Assembly (NCBI GenBank): GCA_963762565.1
Contig: CAVXLD010000001.1
Location: 591,612 to 655,611, forward strand
DNA length: 64,000 bases
Source: an uncultured Verrucomicrobiae bacterium
GTDB lineage: Bacteria; Verrucomicrobiota; Verrucomicrobiia; Chthoniobacterales; JAFAMB01
Direction: 5' to 3'
Shown here: in pieces, positions 10,338 through 21,104 of the stretch
Position numbering within the stretch: position 1 is the first letter of the stretch
Layout of the letters: each line of letters starts with the position of its first letter
Program-made: the position numbers and the translations under genes
The notes under the pieces: generated by a model
Database searches by the model: none
What the model was told of the DNA's origin: nothing
The model's input: only the letters and a program-made list of their open reading frames with translations

Positions 10338-12776
10338 CTATTCGCGCAGTGCTGTTACAGGGTTAATTCGGATGGCACGTAGCGCCGGCAACAAGCACGC
10401 GAGTAACGCAGCGAAAGAGAGCACGACGATGCTGGCGGCAATCGTGATTGGATCGTTACCGCTAACGCCATAGAGCAGACTTCCCAGGAATTGGCTCAAG
10501 ACCGACGCAGTGAGTACACCGGCAACGACTCCTATCCCAACCATTTTGAAGCCCTGTTTCAGGACGAGGTTCACGATATGATGCCGCAAGGCGCCTACCG
10601 CAATTCGCACCCCAATCTCAGGAGTTTGCCGAGTGACTGAATAAGCCAAAACTCCGTACAAGCCCACGGCGGCCAAAAGTAACGCAGTCCCGGAGAAGAT
10701 GCTCACTAAGAGCGCAGCTAATTGTCGCGTCGAAAATCGCTGCGAAATGAAGTTAGAGAAATTGTCGACTCTGGCCAACGGCACGTCAGGATCGATTGAA
10801 GCAACGGCTTGTCGTAAAGCCGGTAGTAATCCTGACGGATCTCGGGCTGATCGGACAAGTAAGATTTCGTAATGAGTAAACTGCTGATAAAAAGGAAAAT
10901 AACCGCTGAACTTGGGCGAGTTATTTGGTCCGCCATGTCGCATGTCTTGTACAACACCGACGATCGTCAACCGCTTCTGTGCCATGTAAGAGCCGGGCAA
11001 ATCTATTTGTTTGCCGATGGCACTCTGCCCGGGGAAAAAAATATCGGCCAGCCCGCGATTGACAATGACCACCCCTTGCTTATTGCGAGTGTCACCGTAA
11101 TTAAAATCTCGTCCCTCCACGATCGAGGCTTTTAGCGTACGGAAATAGCCGGGTGAAATGTTTTGGCCGTTCAAAGTTGGTTCATGTCCGGGCTCAACCG
11201 GCGGCTGAGAAGGAACGATGAACGGCGAATATTCCCCGCCCTCCGAGTTAACAAAGGGTGGGTCATCGCTTAGCGCTGCCGCTGTCACGCCAGGCACCTG
11301 CGACACTTTTTCTAGGACGGATTTGAAGAAGGCGTCGGCTTGCGATTGTTCTTTATACTTCGCGTTCGCCAGGTTGATCTCCACAGCGAGCACGTTTTGG
11401 GGTTCGAACCCTAGCGGGATATTCTGCGCAGCCTCGAAGCTCCGGACGAGCAATCCAGTACCAATTAACAAGACGCAAGCAAGCGCTACTTGTCCTGTCG
11501 TCATTATTGATTGTGTCCGGGTTCGCTGCGGGCCCGCAGTCCGGTTTCGGCTGCCGGCACTCCTTAGCACCGTCGCTACATCAGTCTTCGACGAGATAAA
11601 GGCCGGGAAGAGCCCGGATAGAAGAGCGGTAAGGCTAATAGCGCCGCCACAGAACAAAAGCGCTTGGGGACTAAGAGAAAGATCAGGGACGCGAATTATA
11701 TCTGCTGGGCTGATCAGTTTTATCAATTCGATCGCCGCTAACGCTATCGGTATCCCAACCAGTCCGCCCACGAGCGAAAGAAGCGTACTCTCGATGATTA
11801 AGTGACCAATCAAGCGGAAGCGAGAGGCTCCTATGGCAGCTCGAATGGTTAGGTCCCGTTGTCGATCCGATGCTCTGGCAACAATAAGAGTCGCTACGTT
11901 TGTGCTCGAAAGCAGAAGCAGGAAAGCGGCAGCGGCGCCCAAGACCCAAAGAGTCGACGCATAATCCGATACCTCGATTTGCTGGGCGCTCTCCACGTGA
12001 ACGCCGTAGCCTTTATCTTCCGGGTATCGAGCAGCTAAGTTATCTGCGATTACCTTAAGATCCGCCTCAGCTTGCGCCGGTGTGACGCCCTCCTTCAGGC
12101 GCCCCCAACCCATCAGAAATCGGTTGTCACGAGCCCTCCACGTGTCCCAGCCTGCAATCACGTCAGCTGTATTTAACGGCACCAGAATTTTTACAGGTTC
12201 TCTGGACTCGGTCTCGAGTGCTTCTACCACTCCGATAACCTGAAAACCGGCGCCATTCAGAACGATATTTTTCCCAAGAATGTTGGGATCGGCATTAAAG
12301 CGATTCCTCCAAAACGGTTCCGTCAGGACCGCGACCCGCGGGCCGCCCGGCTGGTCTTCCTCGGACGTAAACGGTCTCCCTAAAATGAAAGGGAGGCCAT
12401 AAGCTTGAAATGCGCTTGCCGTAGCAAAGGCAGCCTTGACCTGTTCTGTTCTGCCTCCGGCACTCAGGCCAATCGAATCCCAATGTTCCAGCGCGAACGA
12501 AGCGAATGAGTGTTGCGCTCGGCAGAAATCAAGAAAATCAGGATAGTCAAAGCTCCCGTAATAGACGTTTTGTGCCGGGTTCGGCGTAAGCACTGTTACT
12601 AACCTGTCCGGCTCCGGATACGGCATGGGTCTCAGCAGCACGGTATCGATTAGACTAAAGATGGCAGTGTTTGCCCCGATACCGAACCCGAGCACGAGCA
12701 CTGCGGTGATGGTGAAGCCGGGCGACTTTAGCAAAAGTCGGAGGCTGTAGCGCACAGATGCCAGGAAGCCGTGCAT
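10338..12776 (-). CDS. ADOP-like duplicated MacB/FtsX ABC permease (array 1, first gene)
   Basis: ORF 10338..12869. The likely start is ATG 12776 ([20 protein letters not shown]), because the extension runs through the promoter and a GTGATTG repeat. Confidence 0.9.
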   Translation of the reverse strand: MHGFLASVRYSLRLLLKSPGFTITAVLVLGFGIGANTAIFSLIDTVLLRPMPYPEPDRLVTVLTPNPAQNVYYGSFDYPDFLDFCRAQHSFASFALEHWDSIGLSAGGRTEQVKAAFATASAFQAYGLPFILGRPFTSEEDQPGGPRVAVLTEPFWRNRFNADPNILGKNIVLNGAGFQVIGVVEALETESREPVKILVPLNTADVIAGWDTWRARDNRFLMGWGRLKEGVTPAQAEADLKVIADNLAARYPEDKGYGVHVESAQQIEVSDYASTLWVLGAAAAFLLLLSSTNVATLIVARASDRQRDLTIRAAIGASRFRLIGHLIIESTLLSLVGGLVGIPIALAAIELIKLISPADIIRVPDLSLSPQALLFCGGAISLTALLSGLFPAFISSKTDVATVLRSAGSRNRTAGPQRTRTQSIMTTGQVALACVLLIGTGLLVRSFEAAQNIPLGFEPQNVLAVEINLANAKYKEQSQADAFFKSVLEKVSQVPGVTAAALSDDPPFVNSEGGEYSPFIVPSQPPVEPGHEPTLNGQNISPGYFRTLKASIVEGRDFNYGDTRNKQGVVIVNRGLADIFFPGQSAIGKQIDLPGSYMAQKRLTIVGVVQDMRHGGPNNSPKFSGYFPFYQQFTHYEILLVRSARDPSGLLPALRQAVASIDPDVPLARVDNFSNFISQRFSTRQLAALLVSIFSGTALLLAAVGLYGVLAYSVTRQTPEIGVRIAVGALRHHIVNLVLKQGFKMVGIGVVAGVLTASVLSQFLGSLLYGVSGNDPITIAASIVVLSFAALLACLLPALRAIRINPVTALRE

Positions 12777-12805
12777 AAGTTCCAGGGGGATTCCGTGAAG
12801 TAGAT

Positions 12806-12822
12806 GGCAGGTTACATGCCAG
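12806..12822 (-). promoter_or_regulatory. Sigma54 (RpoN) -24/-12 promoter of permease array 1
   Basis: Minus strand CTGGCATGTAACCTGCC = GG-N10-GC, about 30 bp upstream of ATG 12776. Confidence 0.72.
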
Positions 12823-12986
12823 GTGGAGGGGGGAAGAGGTGATTGGTGATTGGTGATTGGTGGGAGCACCGCGTCAGGCCGAACTGTGGGTGGACGGTAA
12901 CTAGGGATCAGTTCGGGGCTGGTGGTCGCCGTATAGCGGTTTGAAGGCAGGTGCGTGCCGCGCGGATGTCGGTTGTGTGGACAACC

Positions 12987-13021
12987 GTCTCAAAATGAGA
13001 AACGGCGTCTCAACTTGAGAC
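12987..13021. promoter_or_regulatory. Tandem palindromic sites GTCTCA-N3-TGAGAC (putative enhancer-binding-protein UAS)
   Basis: GTCTCAAAATGAGAA (12987) and GTCTCAACTTGAGAC (13007), 20 bp apart, 165-200 bp upstream of the sigma54 site. Recurs at 24024 and 50197. Confidence 0.7.
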
Positions 13022-13049
13022 GGTTGCCGAGACAGCCGAGTAACGTAGT

Positions 13050-13664
13050 GTGCTGGTCATGCCAAGGTTTTTGCTGGGCATTGTCTTTCTGTTTATGGCC
13101 GTTAATTTCGATCCTGTTGTGCATGCCGAAGACAACCGTACAATCCCGAGTACTGGGGGAGAATATTTCGACCACCGCGTGGAAATTCCGGTACCGGCCT
13201 TTGCGCAGGATGATCCGCGGTGGAGCAATGTTCGGCTTGGGCCATCTACGGACACGCTGGGCGACCAGGGCTGCGCGGTGACCTCGGCCGCGATGGTCGT
13301 CGCTTTTTACGGGATCAAAACCGATCCGCAGCAGCTGAATAGTTTCCTTACAAAAGCAGGCGGACTCTCCGATGATGGACTTATTCAGTGGAGCCGGGTG
13401 CCGGCGATCGCGCCCTCCCATTTAGAATTGGCTTACAATGGCTACGCGGCGTACGACCTGATCGACTCGAATTTGCTGACAAAAAATCCCGTCATTGCGA
13501 TCATCCATCTGCGGGACGGCGCTTATCATTTCGTTGTGATCGTGGGTAAGGAAGGCCGCAACTACTTGATCCGTGATCCGGCGGCTCCTGTTTTTCGCCG
13601 ACCCTACCCGCTGTCCTACCTGACCGATCGGATTGACGGTATCTGCTTTTTTCGGACGATATAG
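13050..13664 (+). CDS. Secreted C39-like cysteine peptidase (Peptidase_C39_2-type)
   Basis: Signal-like N-terminus; QDDPRW, GCAVTSAAM (catalytic Cys), HFVVIVG, YLIRDP. Alternative start at ATG 13059. Confidence 0.82.
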   Translation: MLVMPRFLLGIVFLFMAVNFDPVVHAEDNRTIPSTGGEYFDHRVEIPVPAFAQDDPRWSNVRLGPSTDTLGDQGCAVTSAAMVVAFYGIKTDPQQLNSFLTKAGGLSDDGLIQWSRVPAIAPSHLELAYNGYAAYDLIDSNLLTKNPVIAIIHLRDGAYHFVVIVGKEGRNYLIRDPAAPVFRRPYPLSYLTDRIDGICFFRTI

Positions 13665-13678
13665 CGGGACTCGCCATA

Positions 13679-13785
13679 GGCGTTTGGCGTTTGGCGTTTG
13701 GCGTTTGCGTTTGGCGTTCGGCGTTCGGCGTTTGGCGTTTGGCGTTTGGCGTTCGGCGTCGGAAATAGCAAATCGCAAATAGCAG
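13679..13785. repeat. Heptamer tandem repeat (GGCGTTT/GGCGTTC) x ~11, followed by AAATAGC-type heptamers
   Basis: Directly visible just downstream of the C39 stop codon. Confidence 0.9.
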
Positions 13786-14080
13786 ATGCGTTCTGTACGC
13801 GATGAATGAATGGCGGTGCCGACACCTTTATGCATCGTCGCGCTCGGTAGGGGGCGATAAAAAAAGGGGTTTCGCCTGGAATAAAAGAGTTCCCAGGAAT
13901 CTCGGAACAACGACAGATCCTTCTGCGCAGGATTCGCGCAAAATGCATCACATCCGGCTAGCGACGCAGTTTGCAGGTAAAGCAATTGTAATCCTCGCCG
14001 ATACAATTTGACCTACCCCGCCGTCCAATGAACCAAGCAAATAGCACACAAAAAATGCTCCGCAACGCGGCGTTGTTACA

Positions 14081-14397
14081 TCGGCTATCGGCTATTGGCT
14101 ATCGGCTATTCGGAGCGAGCTTCAGGCGAGTCTCCGCGGTAAACCAAGGTGGAATAGCTCGTTTGTCGAAATACTGCCAACTTCCACGCGGCAAAGACCC
14201 GAAGATGAATACAAAATTTCACAACAAGGCATCAAAGGCCGCAGTGCAGCGAGACAGAGGATCCACAATACGGAAAGATCACAAAGGACACAAAGACTGA
14301 AACTGCAAATCGAATTCCTAAGTTCAGTCCTTGTGACCTTTCCGTATTGTGATCTCTGGTTCCGGTCTTCGGGAATTTTCTGCGAACTTGTTGTGTC
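14081..14397. repeat. (GGCTATY)n heptamers plus nested inverted 9-mer hairpin
   Basis: ggctatcggctattggctatcggctatt; cacaatacggaaagatcacaaag ... cttgtgacctttccgtattgtg inside cacaacaag ... cttgttgtg. Confidence 0.75.
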
Positions 14398-14516
14398 ATT
14401 AGCTCACGATGAGGATGATGAGTCGCTTTCTTCGTTTCGTTGGATCCGAAAGTTTCGGCATGATCGCCTCTTCCTCAATTCATGATACCTTTAGCCCCCC
14501 AGGAGTCTTTTTCCCC

Positions 14517-15078
14517 ATGAACAAGCTAATATCCCTCCTCACTATCGGCGCCATCTTCGGCTGCATATCGCCGTCAATGGCGCAGCAGCACAAGCGCATC
14601 AGCCCCCACGAAACTGTCAGCAAGGTTATTGACGGAAATCGGGTCATGGTTGTTTATGGCCGGCCTTACACCAAAGATCCGAAGAGCGGCCAAAATCGGA
14701 AAATCTGGGGTGAACTCGTTCCTTACGGCGAAGTCTGGCGCACCGGTGCTGACGAAGCCACACTCCTGATCACACAAAAACCGATTGTGATGGGCAGTCC
14801 ACGATTCCGGCCGGCGCTTACACCTTGTGGACTTTGCCAAATGAAGACGGCACCGCCAAACTGATCATCAATAAACAGATTGGCCAATGGGGAATAGGTC
14901 CCGGATCTTATGACGAGAAAGAGGATCTTGCGCGCGTTGATCTGAAGAAAGAAGCACTGGATGCGCCCGTCGATCAATTCACGATGGAGGTTTCCAAAAA
15001 ATCGTCTGGTGTGGCGGCGTATTGAGAATGATGTGGGAGAAAACCGCGTTTTCAGTACCGTTCACCGTCCAGAAATAG
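14517..15078 (+). CDS. DUF2911-domain secreted protein (two apparent frameshifts, probably sequencing indels)
   Basis: SPHETVS...VVYGRP...IWGELVPYGEVWRTGADEAT, continued in other frames as LIINKQIGQWG and LRMMWEKTAFSVPFTVQK*. Confidence 0.75.
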
Positions 15079-15222
15079 CGCCGATCATTGGACGTGGCAG
15101 GATCGTGCCGATGACCGGATGCGTTCACCGGTTCAGTCCAGGGACTGCAGATCGATTCGTGTTGATTCGCTGGCCATTCGCAGTTGATGAATCAAGTCGT
15201 TTCGAATCTTTTATCAGTATCA

Positions 15223-17778
15223 ATGTGTAGACTACCGCATCCACCGGTCAGTCTGGCCTGTGGAATTGCCATGCTCAGCCTGCCAATAGGCGGATTCTCG
15301 CAACCGGTTCCCGGGGCAGAGATTTTACGACAGTTGCGCGGCTTCCGCGAAATGGGCAGCGTGCTTTATATTGCGGCGCATCCCGATGATGAAAACACAG
15401 AATTGATCACCTATTTCGCCCGGGGCAGAAATTATCGCACCGCCTATCTTTCGCTTACACGCGGCGATGGCGGACAAAATGTGCTCGGCCCCGAATTTGG
15501 CAGTGAGATCGGCGTGATTCGCACCCAGGAATTGCTCGCCGCTCGACGCATTGATGGCGGCCGGCAATTCTTTTCCCGGGCGGTTGATTTCGGTTTTTCC
15601 AAGGATTACCGCGAGACCTTGAGAATTTGGGATCGGCAAGAGGTATTGAGCGACATCGTGCGGGTCATCCGCCAGTTTCGACCCGACGTCCTGATCACGC
15701 GTTTTTCTCCCATTCCGGGCCGCACGCACGGACACCACACAGCGTCAACGGTGCTGGCCCTGGAAGCCTTTAAACTTGCCGGCGATCCGAAGGCTTTTCC
15801 AGAACAGGGACTGAAGCCGTGGCAACCAAAACGCATTGTTTGGAATGAATCAATTTATCAAAAGGATGATATCGGTGGAGCTCAACAAGTACGCATTGAC
15901 GTCGGCGGCAAAGATCCGGTAACCGGGGAGCCATTCACGGTTCTCGCCGGCCGGAGCCGTTCCATGCACAAGACTCAAGGCTTTGGCAACTTCGCCATTC
16001 CTGTCAGGCCGGGACCGAGATTTGAAACATTCCAACTTCTGGATGGCGCGCCGATGCAAATGATGTGCTCGACGGCGTTGATACTACTTGGGGCCGCGTA
16101 CCTGGCGGCGCTGAAATTGGGAAATCGGTTGACGAAATTATTGCTCAATTCGATTCACAAAATCCGGCCGCAAGCGTGCCCGCATTATTAAAATTGCGGA
16201 GCGAACTGGCTGCATTGCCAATCGGCGATTCTGTGGTGACCGAAAAACGGGCTCAGCTTGACCGTATTTTGCAGGCTTGTCTCGGTCTGGAAGTGCAGAC
16301 CACAATTTCAGCGGCCGAAGTAGTGCCAGGCGAAACGATGAAGCTGCATCACTCTGTGGTGATTCATTCCAGCATTCCAGTCCGTTGGGTCGCGGTACAT
16401 TATCCTGCAATAAAACAGCAAATCGACCAAGGGAAGGACCCAAGTGTGTCCCGGCCCCCAGAATATTGAACTCCTCCCGAATCAATCCAGAACGTTGGAC
16501 TCGACGCCAACCCTGCCCGCCGGCACGCCTTTAAGTCAGCCCTATTGGCTGCGCGAAGAAGGTACTGCAGGAATGTTCCGAGTTGATGATCCTTCATTGA
16601 TCGGTCGCCCGGAGAATCCGCGCCCTTTCCCCATCGAATACGTTTTCGAAGTTGGCGGCCAGACACTGGTCATTCCGGACGAGCCAGTGCAGATCACTAC
16701 GAATTCCGAGAATAGTGAAGTTCACCGTCGCATGGAGGTGATTCCGCCGGTCTCGCTTGATTTTGCTTCTGACATTGCGCTGTTCGCTCCGGGAACATCT
16801 CATCCGGTTGAAGTTGAAATCGTCGCGTCTCGCGCGGATTCGAACGGCACTTTGCGATTGGAAGCGCCTCAAGGCTGGAAGGTTTCACCTGCCGAGCAAT
16901 CATTCCATCTAAAGACCATCGGCGAACGGGCGCAGTTCACATTCACCATCACTGCCCCAGCGCAATCGGACACAGCCAAGATTATCGCCGATGCGGAAAT
17001 CGGGAAGGCGCATTACCAACCGGCCGCATCGAAATCAATTACCCACATATCCCGCCAATTTTGCTTCAGCCGCTGGCCAGTTTGAAAGCCATCAGTCTCG
17101 AACTCGCAACTCGCGGTCACACGGTTGGCTATCTGCCGGGCGCAGGCGACAGCGTGGCTGAAAACCTGAAACAAATGGGTTATGCCGTCAGGACGTTTGG
17201 ACGATACGAATCTCACGCCGGAAGAATTGCACGGGCTCGATGCCGTGGTGATTGGCGTTCGCGCTTTCAATGTCCGCAACAATATTGGGTCAGAATTGCC
17301 GGTGCTGTTTCGCTATGTCGAAAATGGCGGCACCATCGTTGCCCAATACAACCGGCCGGACGGGTTGAAAACGAACGAACTCGCGCCATTTGAATTGCAT
17401 CTGTCGGCCGATCGCGTCACAGACGAAACCGCGGCCGCCACATTTCTCGCCCCGGATAATCCGGTGTTGAACACACCGAACAAAATCACCAGCGCGGATT
17501 TTGACGGTTGGGTGCAGGAGCGCGGAATTTATTTCCCGGACCAATGGGACGACCATTTCACGCCGATTCTCGCCTTCAATGATCCCGGCGAGTCGCCGCT
17601 CAAAGGCGGGCTCTTGGTCGCGCAATATGGCAAAGGTTATTTCGTTTATACCGGTCTGGTGTTTTTTCGGGAGCTTCCCGCCGGCGTGCCCGGAGCTTTC
17701 CGTTTATTTGCCAATCTGATTTCACTCGGCGTGGCCGACGAAGTGAAAGGCGGAGATGCGGCGAAGTCTGCCAAATGA
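15223..17778 (+). CDS. Large secreted PIG-L/LmbE family deacetylase with C-terminal GATase-like domain (multiple frameshifts)
   Basis: AAHPDDE, LTRGDGGQN, DFGFSK, HGHH, RSMHKTQGFG, then GYLPGAGD, DFDGWVQERG, FFRELPAGVPGAFRLFANL across five consecutive ORF fragments. Confidence 0.8.
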
Positions 17779-17916
17779 AACGTCCACAGTTGAACCTGAA
17801 AGTGACGAGACCGGCCTGCCGTGGTTGCGCACCTGGAAAGCGTCTATCTTTTGGTGATCATCCACTTCGTTCTTTGGATCGTTTTGCTGGTCGCCTTGAC
17901 GGATTTCTTTTCATGA
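17775..17916 (+). CDS. Small single-TM membrane protein upstream of the symporter (frameshifted in this sequence)
   Basis: Frame-corrected reading ...ESDETGLPWLRTWK/VYLLVIIHFVLWIVLLVALTDFFS*. Its TGA overlaps the symporter ATG (ATGA). Confidence 0.5.
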
Positions 17917-19626
17917 GCGCGCTGGATTTCGTTGTTCTCATCGGCTCGATGCTCGGCATCGCCGTCTATGGGATCTGGCGCACCCGAGGAAATCGCGGAC
18001 TGAACACATACTTGAAGGGCGATAGCAAGACCGCGTGGTTCGCCATTGGTCTTTCGGTCATGGCCACTCAAGCCAGCGCCATCACTTTTCTATCGACCCC
18101 TGGGCAGGGATACCTGGGCGGACTTGGGTTTCGTGCAAATTTATTTCGGAATGCCGGTTGCCTTGATTATTATTGCCGCCGTTTTCCTGCCGATTTTTCG
18201 GCGGCTTAATGTTTATACCGCCTACGAATATCTTGGACGGCGTTTCGACACCAAAACCCGTCTGCTTGGGGCAGCTTTATTTCTTGTCCAACGCGGACTG
18301 GGCGCAGGGCTGACGATTTACGCGCCCTCGATTGTGCTCGCGACTGTCTTTGGCTGGCCGCTCGATTTGACGATTATCAGCAGCGGATTGGTCGTGATTA
18401 TCTATACCGTGATGGGTGGGAGCAGCGCCGTCACCGTAACGCAAAAATATCAACTGGCCGTCATCTTCGCGGGCATGGTCACCGCATTTTGCCTGGTGGT
18501 GGCGAAGTTGCCCGCCGGGCTCTCCTTTACGGACACCTTTGCCCTGGCGGGTGGGTTTCAGAAACTCAACGCCGTGAATTTTTCAACCAATGTTCATGAG
18601 CGCTATACATTTTGGTCGGGCTTGCTTGGTGGAACATTCCTGATGCTGGCGTATTTCGGCACTGATCAATCGCAGGTTCAGCGCTATCTTTCAGGCGCTT
18701 CTTTGCGCGAAGGCCGGCTTGGCCTCATGTTCAACGCCGTCTGCAAGATCCCGATGCAGTTCTTTATTCTGCTGCTCGGCGTGCTGATTTTTGTCTTTTA
18801 TCAATTCGAACAACCGCCGTTGTTTTTCAATGCAGCCTTAAGCCATTATCTCGCGGAGCATCGCTCTGACGAACAGTTGCACGCTTATGAAACGGATTTC
18901 CATTCGCTCCACGATCAGGCAAACCAGCGGCTCAAAGAGTGGTTAAAAGCGAGACACGACGGCGACCGATCCGCAGCGGCTGCGGCATTCGCCGGCGCGC
19001 TGACCGCGCATCAACAGGGCGAGAAAATCCGCGAGGAGGCTGAGAAATCGTTGTCGCAGATAAGTTCCAGCACCACGGCGACCGACGCCGATTATGTGTT
19101 TATCACTTTTATCCTGCAACAATTGCCGCACGGTGTCATCGGTCTGCTGGTGGCGGCATTTTTCGCCGCTGCACTTTCCTCAAAGGCCGCCGAACTCAAC
19201 GCGCTCGGTTCCAGCACCACCGTTGACTTTTATCGGCAAATCATCAAACGCGACGCAACGGATCAACACTGCTTGGTAGCCTCAAAATGGTTCACCGCAT
19301 TTTGGGGACTGGTCGCAATTGCCTTCGCCCTCTACGCTCATCTGGTCGAGAATTTGATTCAGGCGGTGAACATTCTCGGCTCGATTTTTTACGGCGTGAT
19401 GCTCGGTCTTTTTGTCGTGGCATTTTTCATACGGCACGTTGGCGGCACGGCCGTTTTTTGGTCGGCGCTGGTATCGCAGACACTCGTCTTTGTCCTCTAC
19501 TTCACTCTCACCATTTCCTATCTCTGGTATCCGCTGATCGGCTGCGCCGCGTGCGTGATTTTAAGCATCATTCTGCAGAGCTTTTTTAACGCCGTTGGAG
19601 AAACCGGTAAGAAAAGCAGGACATGA
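17913..19626 (+). CDS. Sodium:solute symporter (SSS family), one frameshift near 18130
   Basis: SVMATQASAITFLSTPGQG, YTAYEYLGRRFD, YFGTDQSQVQRYL, many TM helices. Confidence 0.85.
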
Positions 19627-20393
19627 CGGCTCCAATCATTTGTTTTGGCCAGCAGCCGTGCGGGTTTTTCCCGAAGCGTTTTCTATTTGCAAAAATTCAA
19701 ACTGCGCGCCGGCTGCAAAGTGAAATCGGTGGTGAGATCGTTTTCTTCTTTCACGACAGTGATCATGATCCGCGCGAAACCAGAACCATCCTGCGCCACC
19801 GTAAAACCAATGAGCCGGCGCAACTTAACTTTGCTTTTAAGAATAACATTCAGCGCAGATTTTCACCGCTTTATCTCAAAGAAATTCCCGACGGTTGGCA
19901 GGATAAAACCGCGCGACAATTGCCAAATTATATCCGCCCTGATCTGACGGCGGTTTTTAGAAGAGTATCTGCCGCGAATGTCGCGGACTTCTGCCTGGAG
20001 ATGTATCGATCTCTGGGCTTGCTCGATAATATTCGCGTCGTGCGTTCGAGTACCCCGGATTTTCGCCAGGCGGCTTGTAACATCCCGGATTTTTTTGTGG
20101 ACGTTCCACACGAAGATGAAATTGTCCGTGCCCGTTTTATCGACGGCGCTTTGAAACTGCACAAAGGCGGAGGCTCATTCTTGACCCTGCCGCTGACGGC
20201 ATTCACCAAGCAGCAAATCAGTCCAACCCGCGATACCCGGTTGCGCTGGATGCAGTCTGTGGTGAATTGCAGCCATTACATTGCCGGCGCGGGCGAAAAG
20301 GATTATCTTTGTCCGGAGGAAACTCCGGAAATCAATTTTATCAATCGAGACCCCATTGACCGATCCGATGAAGCCTACACTGAACTCCCCTAA
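19623..20393 (+). CDS. Short BshC-like protein (putative cysteine-adding enzyme core)
   Basis: FGQQP, K..TA..L, VFFFHDSDHD and YIAGAGE..Y resemble BshC GQQ, VFW...EDHD and YVGGPGE..Y motifs. Overlaps bshB1 and precedes bshA. Confidence 0.55.
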   Translation: MTAPIICFGQQPCGFFPKRFLFAKIQTARRLQSEIGGEIVFFFHDSDHDPRETRTILRHRKTNEPAQLNFAFKNNIQRRFSPLYLKEIPDGWQDKTARQLPNYIRPDLTAVFRRVSAANVADFCLEMYRSLGLLDNIRVVRSSTPDFRQAACNIPDFFVDVPHEDEIVRARFIDGALKLHKGGGSFLTLPLTAFTKQQISPTRDTRLRWMQSVVNCSHYIAGAGEKDYLCPEETPEINFINRDPIDRSDEAYTELP

Positions 20394-21103
20394 ACTTGCG
20401 CCATCACTGGCCTTTGGCGCGCACCCCGACGACATCGAATTTGGCTGTGGCGGTATCGCCGCCGCCGAAACGCAGGCCAGACGCCAGGTGCATTTTGTCG
20501 TTTGTTCGCGCGGCGAATCTGGAACGCATGGCACGCCGAGACAACGGATGGCTGAAGCAAAAAAATCCGCCGCCCTGCTCGGTGCGACGATTGAATTCAT
20601 CAAATTGGCCGGTGATGCGCACCTTGAAATTCGCGTTTCCTACACCATTCGATTGGCAGAAATCTTCCGGCGTATCCGTCCGGAAGTTGTGCTGGCGCCG
20701 AGCCCCGTCGAAAACCAGCATCCCGATCATGCCCGTCTGGGAAAATTAGTGCGGGATGCCGCGAGACTCGCCCGTTTCGGTGGTTTGCAGGAGTTGCGCG
20801 GTCAACCACCCCATGCCATCAAACAATTATTTTTTTATGCCATCACCCCAGAAGCTGAGCCGGCCAATATTACTCCGGTGCTGATTGATGTTTCGGCGCC
20901 TGAAATTGTTGCTGCGTGGACCGCAGCCATGAAGGCGCATGCGTCGCAAATGCTCGACCCGCAATTACATCGATTTGCAACTCACCCGCGCCCGTTTGTT
21001 CGGTGCCCGCGCCGGAGTTGAGTATGCCATCGCTCTTTTTCCAAACGAGCCACTCGTCTTTGAGTCGCTAGCCCAGGCGGGACGAGGCGCGCGACGATTT
21101 TGA
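20368..21103 (+). CDS. bshB1: BshB1-like PIG-L deacetylase (frameshift near 20950)
   Basis: [34 protein letters not shown]; adjacent to bshA. Confidence 0.75.
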
Positions 21104-21104
21104 T

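Noticed and set aside
7744-12776. Diversity-generating retroelement TR/VR pair
   Set aside because: The shared tract is identical, differences elsewhere are not adenine-specific, and there is no reverse transcriptase in the window.
12777-12869. N-terminal extensions in the ORF track (also 38919-38999, 24181-24213, 27861-27965, 56854-57069)
   Set aside because: They run through promoters or repeats; paralog alignment or domain start supports later starts.
13422-14006. ORFs with RQTPNA-like repeats (13422..14006, 13616..13951)
   Set aside because: They are translations of the GGCGTTT heptamer run and overlap the C39 gene in antisense.
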